In this document: positions 1 through 8,610 of the stretch, one piece after another | How positions within the stretch are numbered: position 1 is the first letter of the stretch | How the letters are laid out: every line of letters begins with the position of its first letter | Assembly (NCBI GenBank): GCA_026003215.1 | Contig: BPGV01000001.1 | Coordinates: 1,178,466 to 1,242,465, forward strand | Origin: Bacteroidia bacterium | GTDB taxonomy: Bacteria > Bacteroidota > Bacteroidia > SpSt-205 | Length of the DNA stretch: 64,000 nt | Reading direction: 5' to 3' | The notes under the pieces: generated by a model | Told to the model about the DNA's origin: nothing | Seen by the model: the letters and a program-made list of their open reading frames with translations, nothing else | Databases searched by the model: none | Program-made: the position numbers and the translations under genes

Positions 1-866
1 TCTTATATGAACTCCACCGGCGTAGCTGTCCTACTTACCTTTTAGCTGCGCACGTAGAACCCCTTCGAGGCCTGCGGTGGTGGTGGCGTAGGCAGCTCCT
101 ACCCTACTTAAACCACATTTTCGTACAAACCCCTGCAGACCAGGTACGGCTCAGCACGGAAGGGTTTATTCGGGTGACAATGGCCGGGGATAGCCGCCTT
201 ATCCGCGTGCGCCAACTCGTAGAAAACTGGCTTCCCGTCTCCGGCATAGCTGAATGGATAGGAGACCATTTCTGCATCATCGCCGGCAGCATCTGGGAAC
301 CCGACGCGCGATTCTTAGCTAAAGCCTACGAACACTTGCGGGGATTTCAAATCCGCTGGATCCTCGTGCCACACGAGGTAAATCCCCGTTCCATAGAAAC
401 CCTCCATCGTCTCTGGCCCGTGCGCTGTGCTACTTACACCCGACCCGAATGGCCCTCAGAGCGCGACACGCTTATCATAGACACCTTGGGGCTTTTAGCT
501 TACCTGTATAGTTATGGGCATGTGGCCTGGGTAGGGGGGGGCTTTGGTAAAGGCATACATAACATCTTAGAAGCCGTGGCCTATAAAAAACCGGTATTTT
601 TCGGCCCTAACTTCCAAGACTTCCCCGAAGCCAAAGAACTCATTAAAAGCGGAGTAGCTGAAACCTGTAGATATCCCGTAAGTTTCGCGAACTCTGTCAA
701 AAGCCTAATAAAAGATCGCCGTCGTCTCCAGATTATTGCCGAGAAAGCCGAAGCTTACCTAAGTAATAAACCTGACACACCCCGGATTGTATGGGAGCTG
801 CTCCAAAAAGAAGCGTGGGTTCAGAGGCTCCTTCAGCCGGATAGACCCGGTACGCCATTAGGGTGA
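1..866 (+). CDS. kdtA: 3-deoxy-D-manno-octulosonic acid transferase (KdtA/WaaA), 3' portion; 5' end lies outside the window
   Basis: The ORF track starts at a GTG at 174, but the frame is open back to position 3. The C-terminal motifs (IIDTLGLL...VGGGFGKGIHNILEAVAYKKPVFFGPNF) align with the KdtA C-terminus. Confidence 0.55.
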   Translation, partial: LYELHRRSCPTYLLAAHVEPLRGLRWWWRRQLLPYLNHIFVQTPADQVRLSTEGFIRVTMAGDSRLIRVRQLVENWLPVSGIAEWIGDHFCIIAGSIWEPDARFLAKAYEHLRGFQIRWILVPHEVNPRSIETLHRLWPVRCATYTRPEWPSERDTLIIDTLGLLAYLYSYGHVAWVGGGFGKGIHNILEAVAYKKPVFFGPNFQDFPEAKELIKSGVAETCRYPVSFANSVKSLIKDRRRLQIIAEKAEAYLSNKPDTPRIVWELLQKEAWVQRLLQPDRPGTPLG

Positions 867-1939
867 GAAGAAGTACCTGCAGCCAGTAAGACAAAGTCAG
901 CCAATACGAGCGCTGTCATAGCTTCTACAATAGGCACGGCGCGAGGGACTGGGCAGGGATCATGGCGTCCTGCTGCCTGTAAAAGGGTAGGCTCACCGGT
1001 GCGGCGCACAGTACGCTGGGGTTGGCGTAATGTCGCTATCGGCTTAAGAGCCACCCGAAACCATAGCGCTTCTCCCGTGGAAATGCCCCCTAAGACCCCG
1101 CCTGCGTGATTGGTCCCTGGCCGAATGCGCCCCTCCTCCGTCAAAATAAAGGGGTCATTATGCTGGGAACCCCGCATCTCAGCGCTGCTAAACCCCTCCC
1201 CTATCTCAAAGCCCCGAGCCGCATTGATGCTGAGCATAGCATAGGCTAACCGAGCGGAGAGCTTATCATACACCGGCTCGCCCAGGCCTTGGGGCATACC
1301 TTCCACCCTACATGCCACCACACCACCCGTAGTATCCCCTTCTGCCCGAAGCTTCTCTAAATAAGCCTCTATGGCCTGACTGACGGCCAAGTCGGGGCAG
1401 CGCACAGGAGAAGCTTCTACCTCTTCCATGCTTTTAGGCTGATAGGCCGTAGAAAAAGGGCCTATGCCAGCTGTCCATGCCAGAATAGATAGTTTCGGGT
1501 ACCTAAGGCGCAAAAACTGGTAAGCGATAGCGCCGGCAGCTACGCGGGCAGCTGTCTCCCGCGCAGAGCTACGCCCGCCGCCCCGAGGGTCTACATGGCC
1601 ATATTTGAGCTGGTAGGTAAAGTCTGCATGAGAAGGCCGATATACCTCGGCAAGGGAGGCATATTCCTCAGGACGGGCATCTCGGTTTGCTATCCACAGG
1701 GTGAGGGGCGCTCCCGTGGTACGACCTTGGTATAACCCACTGAGGACCTCCACCGTGTCCAGCTCTTGCCGCGGCGAAGTATAAGGCGATTGGCCGGGGC
1801 GCCGCCGCCGCAGGGCCGCTTCTACCTGCGCCAGGTCTATGGGAATATTACCCGGCAGGCCATCTATTACCACTCCTATGCCCGGCCCATGCGACTCCCC
1901 AAAAGTCGTCACCCGTAAGAGCCTACCGAACGTATTCAT
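833..1939 (-). CDS. aroC: chorismate synthase
   Basis: 368 aa; the N-terminus MNTFGRLLRVTTFGESHGPGIGVVIDGLP and its overall length match AroC. Confidence 0.9.
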   Translation of the reverse strand: MNTFGRLLRVTTFGESHGPGIGVVIDGLPGNIPIDLAQVEAALRRRRPGQSPYTSPRQELDTVEVLSGLYQGRTTGAPLTLWIANRDARPEEYASLAEVYRPSHADFTYQLKYGHVDPRGGGRSSARETAARVAAGAIAYQFLRLRYPKLSILAWTAGIGPFSTAYQPKSMEEVEASPVRCPDLAVSQAIEAYLEKLRAEGDTTGGVVACRVEGMPQGLGEPVYDKLSARLAYAMLSINAARGFEIGEGFSSAEMRGSQHNDPFILTEEGRIRPGTNHAGGVLGGISTGEALWFRVALKPIATLRQPQRTVRRTGEPTLLQAAGRHDPCPVPRAVPIVEAMTALVLADFVLLAAGTSSHPNGVPGLSG

Positions 1940-3401
1940 ACACGCCTATATCAGGCTGACTGTCTCGTACATGCCCCACTCTGTCTGTGACGGGAGACAA
2001 CACGGGGTCGTACCGCCCCGCATCAATGAGCGGGCTCCCCTCCAAGAGCGGATATAACTCCGCGGCCTCGCCCAGACCGGGAGAAGTAAGGTAGAGAGTG
2101 CCGGGACCGGGCAGCGGATCCCCCTGCCGCAAAGCACAATGATCAAACACCCCCGCGAAGCTCCCTCCCCGCAAGTCTTGGGCTATGGCATTTTCCTTGG
2201 TGCTCCAAAAGAGGCTATTCAGCGCAAGAAAATCCATCGGATAGGTGAGCTCACCCTGCGGCAAACTGAGGAAATCTGTCAGTACTAAACTGGTGATACC
2301 CCGCCGCAGGTCGCCTTGGTCATAAATCAAGGCACAGTGCACCAAACGATACTTTCCCCCGCCTACCAGAGCCGCACATGCCTGTCCACACCGATAGACC
2401 AGCGTATTGACGGCATGGAGAATAGGTGCCGCCGGCAGCACCCCACTAAATCCCTGCGCTACAATCCCATAGTTAGCGGCATCGCGGAGAACGCAGCCTT
2501 CCATATAGACCTTTGGGGCAGAAGGGCCCCCCGCCGAGTCTATACGAACCGCAACGCTGGCTTGGGAAATGTACGCATATAGGAGTTTGTTATCGGTACT
2601 GGAGGAGAAGAACCACAGGCCTTGCCACTGGCCGGGGGCCTGCGCATAGTAGGGTTCTAAGCGCCACCCTTGCATATACACGGGAGCCGCTGCCGTGCCC
2701 AATACCTCTAACTGCCCCGCCACATAGATACCCGAGGCAAGCTCCCCTTGCAGAGGACCGCTTTCCCACCGCCGCCCAGAGAAATACAACCGCGTCCCCG
2801 GCAAAATCCGTAACACCGCCGACGGGCCTACATACACGTACCCGTCCACCACTATGGGCTTGTCATTCGGCAGGGACACAATAGCGCTATCTATGCCCAA
2901 GTCCCGATATACATACGCACTTAGGAGAGTAGCACGCAGCGGTACCTGCTGCTGACCGGCTTCCGTCTGGAAAACCAAATAATCTTCCCGGGTCGCATCG
3001 CGAAAAGTTGTGTCCCGTAGAACCAAGAAGGCTTGCATACTATCCCCCTCAGGTAGTAAAAAGGGCGTATAAATAGGCCCTTCTTGGCCATTGAGAATGA
3101 ACCGAAAGGGACTCCACGGCCCGCCAGCCAAAGTCACGGAGAGAATACGCACAGGATACGGGTGCGGATTGTATATCCACAGCCGCTGGGTAGGAGAAAG
3201 CAGCGTAGAAAAGAGCGTATCAAATACGACCGTATCGCGAGAAAAGCGGAGTTCGCCCGGACGAGGGTTGAGGAGCTCGCGCTTACAACTGAGGAGGATA
3301 GCCGCACTTAGCCCAATAAGGACTACCCCGCGTCCCCGCCTGTCAGCTGGTCGCGTGCGCAAAAACCTTTTGAAGGAGGTCGGTGACCCGATAGCGCACA
3401 T
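1923..3401 (-). CDS. hypothetical secreted lipoprotein; the start codon is uncertain
   Basis: 492 aa ORF. A hydrophobic segment ending in LLSC looks like a lipobox. The first 59 nt overlap the upstream gene, so the true start is probably an internal alternative codon. Confidence 0.45.
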   Translation of the reverse strand: MCAIGSPTSFKRFLRTRPADRRGRGVVLIGLSAAILLSCKRELLNPRPGELRFSRDTVVFDTLFSTLLSPTQRLWIYNPHPYPVRILSVTLAGGPWSPFRFILNGQEGPIYTPFLLPEGDSMQAFLVLRDTTFRDATREDYLVFQTEAGQQQVPLRATLLSAYVYRDLGIDSAIVSLPNDKPIVVDGYVYVGPSAVLRILPGTRLYFSGRRWESGPLQGELASGIYVAGQLEVLGTAAAPVYMQGWRLEPYYAQAPGQWQGLWFFSSSTDNKLLYAYISQASVAVRIDSAGGPSAPKVYMEGCVLRDAANYGIVAQGFSGVLPAAPILHAVNTLVYRCGQACAALVGGGKYRLVHCALIYDQGDLRRGITSLVLTDFLSLPQGELTYPMDFLALNSLFWSTKENAIAQDLRGGSFAGVFDHCALRQGDPLPGPGTLYLTSPGLGEAAELYPLLEGSPLIDAGRYDPVLSPVTDRVGHVRDSQPDIGVYEYVR

Positions 3402-4050
3402 CCCGCCGAATCTTCGTCTCGTGCTGGCCTACCTTGAGAAATAGGCCAAAGAGGGCCCTATCGGTGACATACGCCGCTAAGTCGCGGTTTTCTAAGGGAG
3501 TCAAGGTGGTAGGAAGGCTATTGTAGGTATCCACAATATACTCCCACGCTTGCTGGGCGCCTACGCTTTCCATGGCCGCTTGGATTTTGGGTTTATACCG
3601 CACGTACAGGCTATCCCGGGTTTTTCCTTCGAGGTAGCGGGTAGCGGCTACGCTATCGCCTTTAAGGATACGCATACCCTCGGTGATAGTGAGCGCTGTA
3701 ATAGCATCCCAGAAGATAGGTTTGGCCTCGGCAGCGGCTTCTTCGGCGGCACGATTCATCTTGATAACTAAATCCTGAATGAGCTGGGCCCCCCCCGGCA
3801 AGGCCTCAATAGCCACCTTAACTTTCCAAGCCTCCTCCGGGAAAAGGATGCGAATGAGCGTATCGCCGTAGTAGCCATCTATGCGATTGAGATACCGCAC
3901 AGTGGTGTCGGTGCCGACACGCAGGGCTTCTTTGAGGCCGGCCACGATCTCTTCTTCGGTGAGGCCCTGACCTTCGGGTAGTTGGAGTTTATCACAACTG
4001 GTCCCTATCCACAGTAGGGCCGCAAGCCCAAGTATATGCAAGGGTTTCAT
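3343..4050 (-). CDS. hypothetical lipoprotein, possibly DUF4197-like
   Basis: 235 aa. A signal peptide is followed by Cys (LLWIGTSCD). The composition is helical and rich in Ala/Glu. The family assignment is tentative. Confidence 0.45.
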   Translation of the reverse strand: MKPLHILGLAALLWIGTSCDKLQLPEGQGLTEEEIVAGLKEALRVGTDTTVRYLNRIDGYYGDTLIRILFPEEAWKVKVAIEALPGGAQLIQDLVIKMNRAAEEAAAEAKPIFWDAITALTITEGMRILKGDSVAATRYLEGKTRDSLYVRYKPKIQAAMESVGAQQAWEYIVDTYNSLPTTLTPLENRDLAAYVTDRALFGLFLKVGQHETKIRRDVRYRVTDLLQKVFAHATS

Positions 4051-4052
4051 AG

Positions 4053-4292
4053 TTACTCCGGCAAAACTTCTACGGCTTCCAGGGAGGGAAAGTGCCTTTT
4101 GAGAGGCTCCAGTACGCCAAGGCGTACAGTGGTGGGGTTGAGGTCACAGGTACGGCAACTGCCCAAGAGCCGAATATAGAGGGTCTTCCCGTCAGGACTG
4201 AGGCGTACGAGTTCTACATCGCCTCCATCGGAAGCGAGATATTCCCGGATAGGCCCCAGATGGGCCGCTATGGCCTCCAGGGTAACCTTCAT
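4053..4292 (-). CDS. NifU/Nfu-like Fe-S cluster assembly domain protein
   Basis: 79 aa with the motif GGDVELV...LLGSCRTC, typical of an Nfu C-terminal domain. Its start overlaps the mrp stop by 4 nt (ATGA). Confidence 0.65.
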   Translation of the reverse strand: MKVTLEAIAAHLGPIREYLASDGGDVELVRLSPDGKTLYIRLLGSCRTCDLNPTTVRLGVLEPLKRHFPSLEAVEVLPE

Positions 4293-5380
4293 ACCGAAGC
4301 CGTAGCAAAAACCGTGCGAGCTACGCTGCGCACCAGTTCCGCTGCAATCTGCTGGAAAGCCTCGGCCATGGGGGTTCCTTCTTCCAGCGTTGGGGGGAAA
4401 CCCTTGTCGCTACGCTGAACCACCTCTTCTAACAGAGGTACCTCGCCTAAGAAAGGTACGCCGTACTTCTCCGCTAACATACGCCCTCCGCCCTGGCCAA
4501 AGAGATAAAACTTGCGTTCAGGCAGCTCCGGCGTCCAGAAGTAGGCCATATTCTCTATGATGCCGACGATAGGCACCTGCACCAAGGGCATGCGAAACAT
4601 AGTGAGGGCTTTTTCGGCATCGGCTACGGCAACCTTTTGTGGGGTAGTCACGATGAGGGCCCCCTGCGGCCGGAACTGCTGCGCCAACGTCAGCTGAATA
4701 TCCCCCGTGCCTGGCGGAAGGTCCACAATCAGATAATCCAGCGCCGGCCAGTCCGTTTCCGTAAGAAGCTGCCGCAACGTATTAGAAGCCATCGGCCCAC
4801 GCCACGGCGTAGCCTGCTCGGCAGGCACCAAAAAGCCTAACGACATCACATGCACCCCGTATTTGGGGATGGGCACCAGCCAAGGCCGCCCTTCTTTCTC
4901 CCGAACCGCGGGCTTAGCTTGGCTGAGCCCCATAAGAATAGGCACACTCGGCCCATAGATATCGGCATCGAGGAGTCCCACCGCCGCCCCAGCCCGCGCT
5001 AAGGCAATAGCCAAGTTAGTGGCAATGGTAGATTTCCCTACGCCGCCTTTGCCGGAACCCACCAAGAGGAGGTGCTTCACTTGAGGCAAGGAAGCCCCCT
5101 GTACCCCCCCCGTAGAGGCCGCAAACTGCACCGCCGCTTGCCACTGGGGACCTAAGGCCTCCTGGAGGGTCTTATTTATCTGGGCTTCAAAGTACCCTTT
5201 AAGTGGACAAGCCGGCGTGGTGAGCTGCAACACCAAAGACACCTCCTGCTTTTCGGCATTCCAAGCGAGCCCCTTGACCATGCCGGCATCCACAATATTC
5301 TGACGCAGGTCAGGGTCTATTACGCCTCGCAACGCTGCGTATATCTTCTCTTCAACGCCCTGCATGTATAACCCAAACAA
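4289..5380 (-). CDS. mrp: Fe-S cluster carrier ATPase Mrp/ApbC
   Basis: Walker A motif GSGKGGVGKST, an N-terminal MIP18-like segment, and ParA/MinD-family length. Confidence 0.88.
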   Translation of the reverse strand: MFGLYMQGVEEKIYAALRGVIDPDLRQNIVDAGMVKGLAWNAEKQEVSLVLQLTTPACPLKGYFEAQINKTLQEALGPQWQAAVQFAASTGGVQGASLPQVKHLLLVGSGKGGVGKSTIATNLAIALARAGAAVGLLDADIYGPSVPILMGLSQAKPAVREKEGRPWLVPIPKYGVHVMSLGFLVPAEQATPWRGPMASNTLRQLLTETDWPALDYLIVDLPPGTGDIQLTLAQQFRPQGALIVTTPQKVAVADAEKALTMFRMPLVQVPIVGIIENMAYFWTPELPERKFYLFGQGGGRMLAEKYGVPFLGEVPLLEEVVQRSDKGFPPTLEEGTPMAEAFQQIAAELVRSVARTVFATASV

Positions 5381-5388
5381 ATATCGCC

Positions 5389-6273
5389 TTACTCCTCCTC
5401 TTCTTTGTCTTTTTTAGACTTTTTACGCTCCTTTTTATCGGGCTTAGGGGGTTCTTGGGGAGCGGGAGCTGTTTTTTGGGTTTCTTCTTGTGGGGCTACG
5501 TCGGCTTTTTCTTTCTTTTTGCGTTCCTTTTTGGGTTCAGCGGCTGGGGCAGCGGGGATAGGGGAAGGCGCGCTTTCGGACTTAGGCTTCACATACCCAA
5601 AGCCTAAGGAGAAACGAAGGTAGCCGCCACTCAGTTGTGCGGGATTGACGCCGGCGGGATCGGGTCCCTCCGAAGCCTTCCAGCTTCCCTTGGAGGGCGC
5701 AAATACGGCGCCTAAGTCGGCCCCCCATACTAATGTCACGCCTTCGCCTCGTTTGAGGCGCCGCAGCCCTAAGCCTACTTCCACCAGCCCTAAGTTGCTG
5801 GAAAAAGTACGCTTTTCCAGCGGACGCAACTGCTGGTTGGTCCCAAAGTATATGGGTTCGGTAAAGTAGTTGGTATAGCGCACCTCGTAGGTGCCCACTT
5901 GATAGCCTATATACGGGTAAAACAGCCAGAGGTTTTTATTGATAGCGGCGAAGCCGAGTTGGCCGCCATAATGGAGGGCATATGGCCGGGCTAACCCCCG
6001 CTCGGTTTCAGAAGCATCGTAATGCTGGAGCTGGAGGGTGCCCGCCACAAGAAAGCGTTTGGCTATAAGCAGGTCCAGGTTAGCGCCGGCGGTGGTGGCC
6101 CAAGGCACCATTTTGAGGTCTTTACCTAAGGCGTTAGGGGCTTTGAGATCATTCTGGAGCTTACCGAAAAAGCCCAGCCCGACCCCACTATGCGCACGCA
6201 GGAGGAGGCCAAAGTTTACGGGTTCTTCTTGCGCCCAGAGGAGCGCCCCTAAGAGAAGCACGCACTTGCGCAT
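5389..6273 (-). CDS. outer-membrane beta-barrel protein with a C-terminal Lys/Glu/Pro-rich tail
   Basis: Signal peptide MRKCVLLLGALLWAQ, read from an internal ATG at 6273. The body has alternating aromatic/Gly strands. The last ~70 aa are KKERKKKEK...EEEE. Confidence 0.5.
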   Translation of the reverse strand: MRKCVLLLGALLWAQEEPVNFGLLLRAHSGVGLGFFGKLQNDLKAPNALGKDLKMVPWATTAGANLDLLIAKRFLVAGTLQLQHYDASETERGLARPYALHYGGQLGFAAINKNLWLFYPYIGYQVGTYEVRYTNYFTEPIYFGTNQQLRPLEKRTFSSNLGLVEVGLGLRRLKRGEGVTLVWGADLGAVFAPSKGSWKASEGPDPAGVNPAQLSGGYLRFSLGFGYVKPKSESAPSPIPAAPAAEPKKERKKKEKADVAPQEETQKTAPAPQEPPKPDKKERKKSKKDKEEEE

Positions 6274-6302
6274 CAGACAAAGGTAAGCAAAAACTTTACC
6301 GC

Positions 6303-6896
6303 TCACTCTACACTCAAGGGAATATGTATGCTTTCTCTTTTTACCTGCATGTACATCTCTATCCATGCCACAACCCTAGAACCTAACTCAGTTAGCACCA
6401 CTCTATCATAGGCGCTTGCCAAATATATCCTATGAATAAGCCCCAGTTCCTCACACCAACTGGACGTAAATCTGATAAACTTACAAAATACGCTCCACTT
6501 ATACCTCTTCTTAAGCAGTGTAAGTCCCAACATCCAATAACTATATTCCATAGTATCCGGAGGCGGGCTTGGCCTATTAGCAGGAACGGCTCGAGGAATC
6601 CATTCCCCGTTCGTAAGCCGACAAAAAAGCAGAAATAAGTAAATGTTCGACTTAAGGCCAGTAATCGTACCATTCAGCAACACCTCTAGGAGTATTCGCT
6701 TCTGCTCCAAACTCAATTCCTGTTCTCTAGAAGGAAGCATAGGCAAAGCAGCTTGCATAAATCTTCTACCATAATCGGTCAATATATAGCGAGATCCTTC
6801 TTTGGCAGTGAGTTCAAACTCCCTTGAAAGTGTATAGTATACCCTAAAATTTGTACCTATAGACGAAAACCTTCTGGCCGGGGGTGGAGCCTCCAA
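6303..6896 (-). CDS. hypothetical protein, second gene of the low-GC island
   Basis: 197-codon ORF in DNA of about 35-40% GC, where random ORFs should be short. Same strand as its neighbours. It overlaps the upstream island ORF by 40 nt. Confidence 0.45.
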   Translation of the reverse strand: MEAPPPARRFSSIGTNFRVYYTLSREFELTAKEGSRYILTDYGRRFMQAALPMLPSREQELSLEQKRILLEVLLNGTITGLKSNIYLFLLFCRLTNGEWIPRAVPANRPSPPPDTMEYSYWMLGLTLLKKRYKWSVFCKFIRFTSSWCEELGLIHRIYLASAYDRVVLTELGSRVVAWIEMYMQVKRESIHIPLSVE

Positions 6897-7453
6897 AAAG
6901 TCGTTTTCACTAAGTAATCTCTGTCATAAACCCTAAATATGTTGGTTATCCTATTTAACCATCTCAGATGTGTGATATCCATAGCCTTAGACGGTTCGAG
7001 TATAAGACCGACATGCCTCTCCAATTCTTCAACTTGTTTATGATACATAAGAATCACTTTATCGTAGCTATACTCCACCAGCTTAATATTTCTAAGCTTA
7101 GTAAAATGCAAACGAATTTTTTCTATGAGTTTAGGATACGAAACATCTGAATATAGAATAACTATGTCACGTTCATAATGCGGATTCAAGGATATTTTTG
7201 CATAGCGCTCGACTTGGGTAATCACAAAGGTAGCTTGTTGTACGCTACGTATGGCCACTTCAAGCTCAACAATAATGTACTTTTTCGATTCTACATCTTC
7301 TAAAATAAAATCTACTACACCGTGCTTTGTTCTATACTGCTCTGCAAAAGTTACGAGTTTTGGTGAGCAACCTAATGGTCTTAATAAGTTCGTGAGATAT
7401 GACCGTTCTCTAAGAAGAGTCCACTGAATGAGACGCTCGGAAAGGAAGCTCAT
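6857..7453 (-). CDS. hypothetical protein, first gene of the low-GC island; possible PD-(D/E)xK-like motif
   Basis: 198-codon ORF with AT-rich codon usage. Its ATG overlaps the purE TGA (ATGA). It contains [21 protein letters not shown], a D...E-x-K arrangement on predicted beta strands. Confidence 0.5.
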   Translation of the reverse strand: MSFLSERLIQWTLLRERSYLTNLLRPLGCSPKLVTFAEQYRTKHGVVDFILEDVESKKYIIVELEVAIRSVQQATFVITQVERYAKISLNPHYERDIVILYSDVSYPKLIEKIRLHFTKLRNIKLVEYSYDKVILMYHKQVEELERHVGLILEPSKAMDITHLRWLNRITNIFRVYDRDYLVKTTFWRLHPRPEGFRL

Positions 7454-7968
7454 GGAATGAAATTAGTGAACCTATCAGCCTCTTCTAAAAGAGGACGCAA
7501 TGCTTCGTCATGGAGCTTCTTTTGGTAAGCTTCCAGGCGCTCTTGCAGAGGGGGTTCTTGGAGGGCCAGGATGCGCACCGCCAAAAGCGCCGCATTCGCC
7601 GCATTGTCTATCGCCACGGTGGCCACAGGTACCCCTTTCGGCATCTGCACAATAGATAACAGCGAGTCCAAGCCCTGAAATGACTGGCTGGAGCGGATAG
7701 GCACCCCTATCACTGGCAGCGTAGTGAGGGAAGCGAGCATGCCAGGGAGATGCGCAGCCCCCCCCGCCCCCGCAATAAGCACCCGCAAGCCCCGGGCCAC
7801 AGCCCCCTTACCATACGCCCACAGCCGATCCGGCGTACGATGCGCCGACACAATCGTAAACTCATAGGGCACCCCAAACTCTTCCAGCACCGTGCGCGCC
7901 CCTTCCATGACCGCCGCATCGCTCGCACTGCCCATGACGATACCCACCCATGGCTTCATGGAGGGCAA
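7450..7968 (-). CDS. purE: N5-carboxyaminoimidazole ribonucleotide mutase
   Basis: Motifs GIVMGSASD...[10 protein letters not shown]...TLPVIGVP match PurE. Confidence 0.9.
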   Translation of the reverse strand: MPSMKPWVGIVMGSASDAAVMEGARTVLEEFGVPYEFTIVSAHRTPDRLWAYGKGAVARGLRVLIAGAGGAAHLPGMLASLTTLPVIGVPIRSSQSFQGLDSLLSIVQMPKGVPVATVAIDNAANAALLAVRILALQEPPLQERLEAYQKKLHDEALRPLLEEADRFTNFIP

Positions 7969-7997
7969 GGTACAAAAAGAGCACCGTGCCGCGTATG

Positions 7998-8513
7998 CTA
8001 TTGAAGCGGTATAGAAAAGCGTTCAGAAGTACGCCTAAGCACCCCTTCCTGTTCTATCGAGCCTTTCTTCTCCCCTACCCGAAACTTCATCAACAACTCA
8101 TACTTCATCTCTCCCGCCGAACGTAGCTTCCCTTCCATCTTAAAGTCTGTAAGCTCCACGTCTCCTTTCGCCAAAAGCCCCAGAAATCCTATAATCATCG
8201 CAAATCGCTCCTTCGTCTCCTCCTCTACATGGAAGCGGCGCCCCCGAATATTCGCCGGCATGGGTAAGTCGTTATAAAAAACTAATAGGGGCCTTTCTTC
8301 TTTCCCCTTCTCCTTTTCCTCATCTAAGGGGTTGGGCATTATGGAAAGCTTTATTTGCTTCTTTGCGGTTTCTTTCGTGCCGTCTGGCTTTTGCGTAGTC
8401 ACTTCAACCTCGCCCTCCCATGTGCCAGCAAACTCTATCGGCTCTGCCCTCCTTTCCAATAACGTACATCCCCAAAGGGATACACCTAAACCCCATACTA
8501 ATAAGTACCGCAT
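7998..8513 (-). CDS. hypothetical lipoprotein, paralogous to the C-terminal domain of the downstream DCC-fusion protein
   Basis: Signal peptide and lipobox [16 protein letters not shown], read from the internal ATG at 8513. It shares a G[TV]WEG[ER]V motif with the 8611..9735 product. Confidence 0.45.
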   Translation of the reverse strand: MRYLLVWGLGVSLWGCTLLERRAEPIEFAGTWEGEVEVTTQKPDGTKETAKKQIKLSIMPNPLDEEKEKGKEERPLLVFYNDLPMPANIRGRRFHVEEETKERFAMIIGFLGLLAKGDVELTDFKMEGKLRSAGEMKYELLMKFRVGEKKGSIEQEGVLRRTSERFSIPLQ

Positions 8514-8610
8514 AGACCAAAGGTAGAAAAACCTTTCGCTATTATACACTACGAGAACTCCCTTCTATCCACAGTCATGCATACTAAACTCCCTACGCCT
8601 ACACCTCCGA

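Noticed and set aside
5389-5560. Repetitive AAG/GAA-rich DNA at the 3' end of the OMP gene, checked as a possible simple repeat or CRISPR-like element
   Set aside because: It is in-frame coding low-complexity sequence (Lys/Glu codons) without regular spacers or repeat units. It is not a CRISPR array.
7710-8004. ORFs of 72 and 84 aa overlapping purE (7710..7928 minus, 7750..8004 plus)
   Set aside because: They lie in an alternative frame or antisense within a well-supported PurE gene. These are shadow ORFs of the kind expected in ~58% GC DNA, with no motifs.
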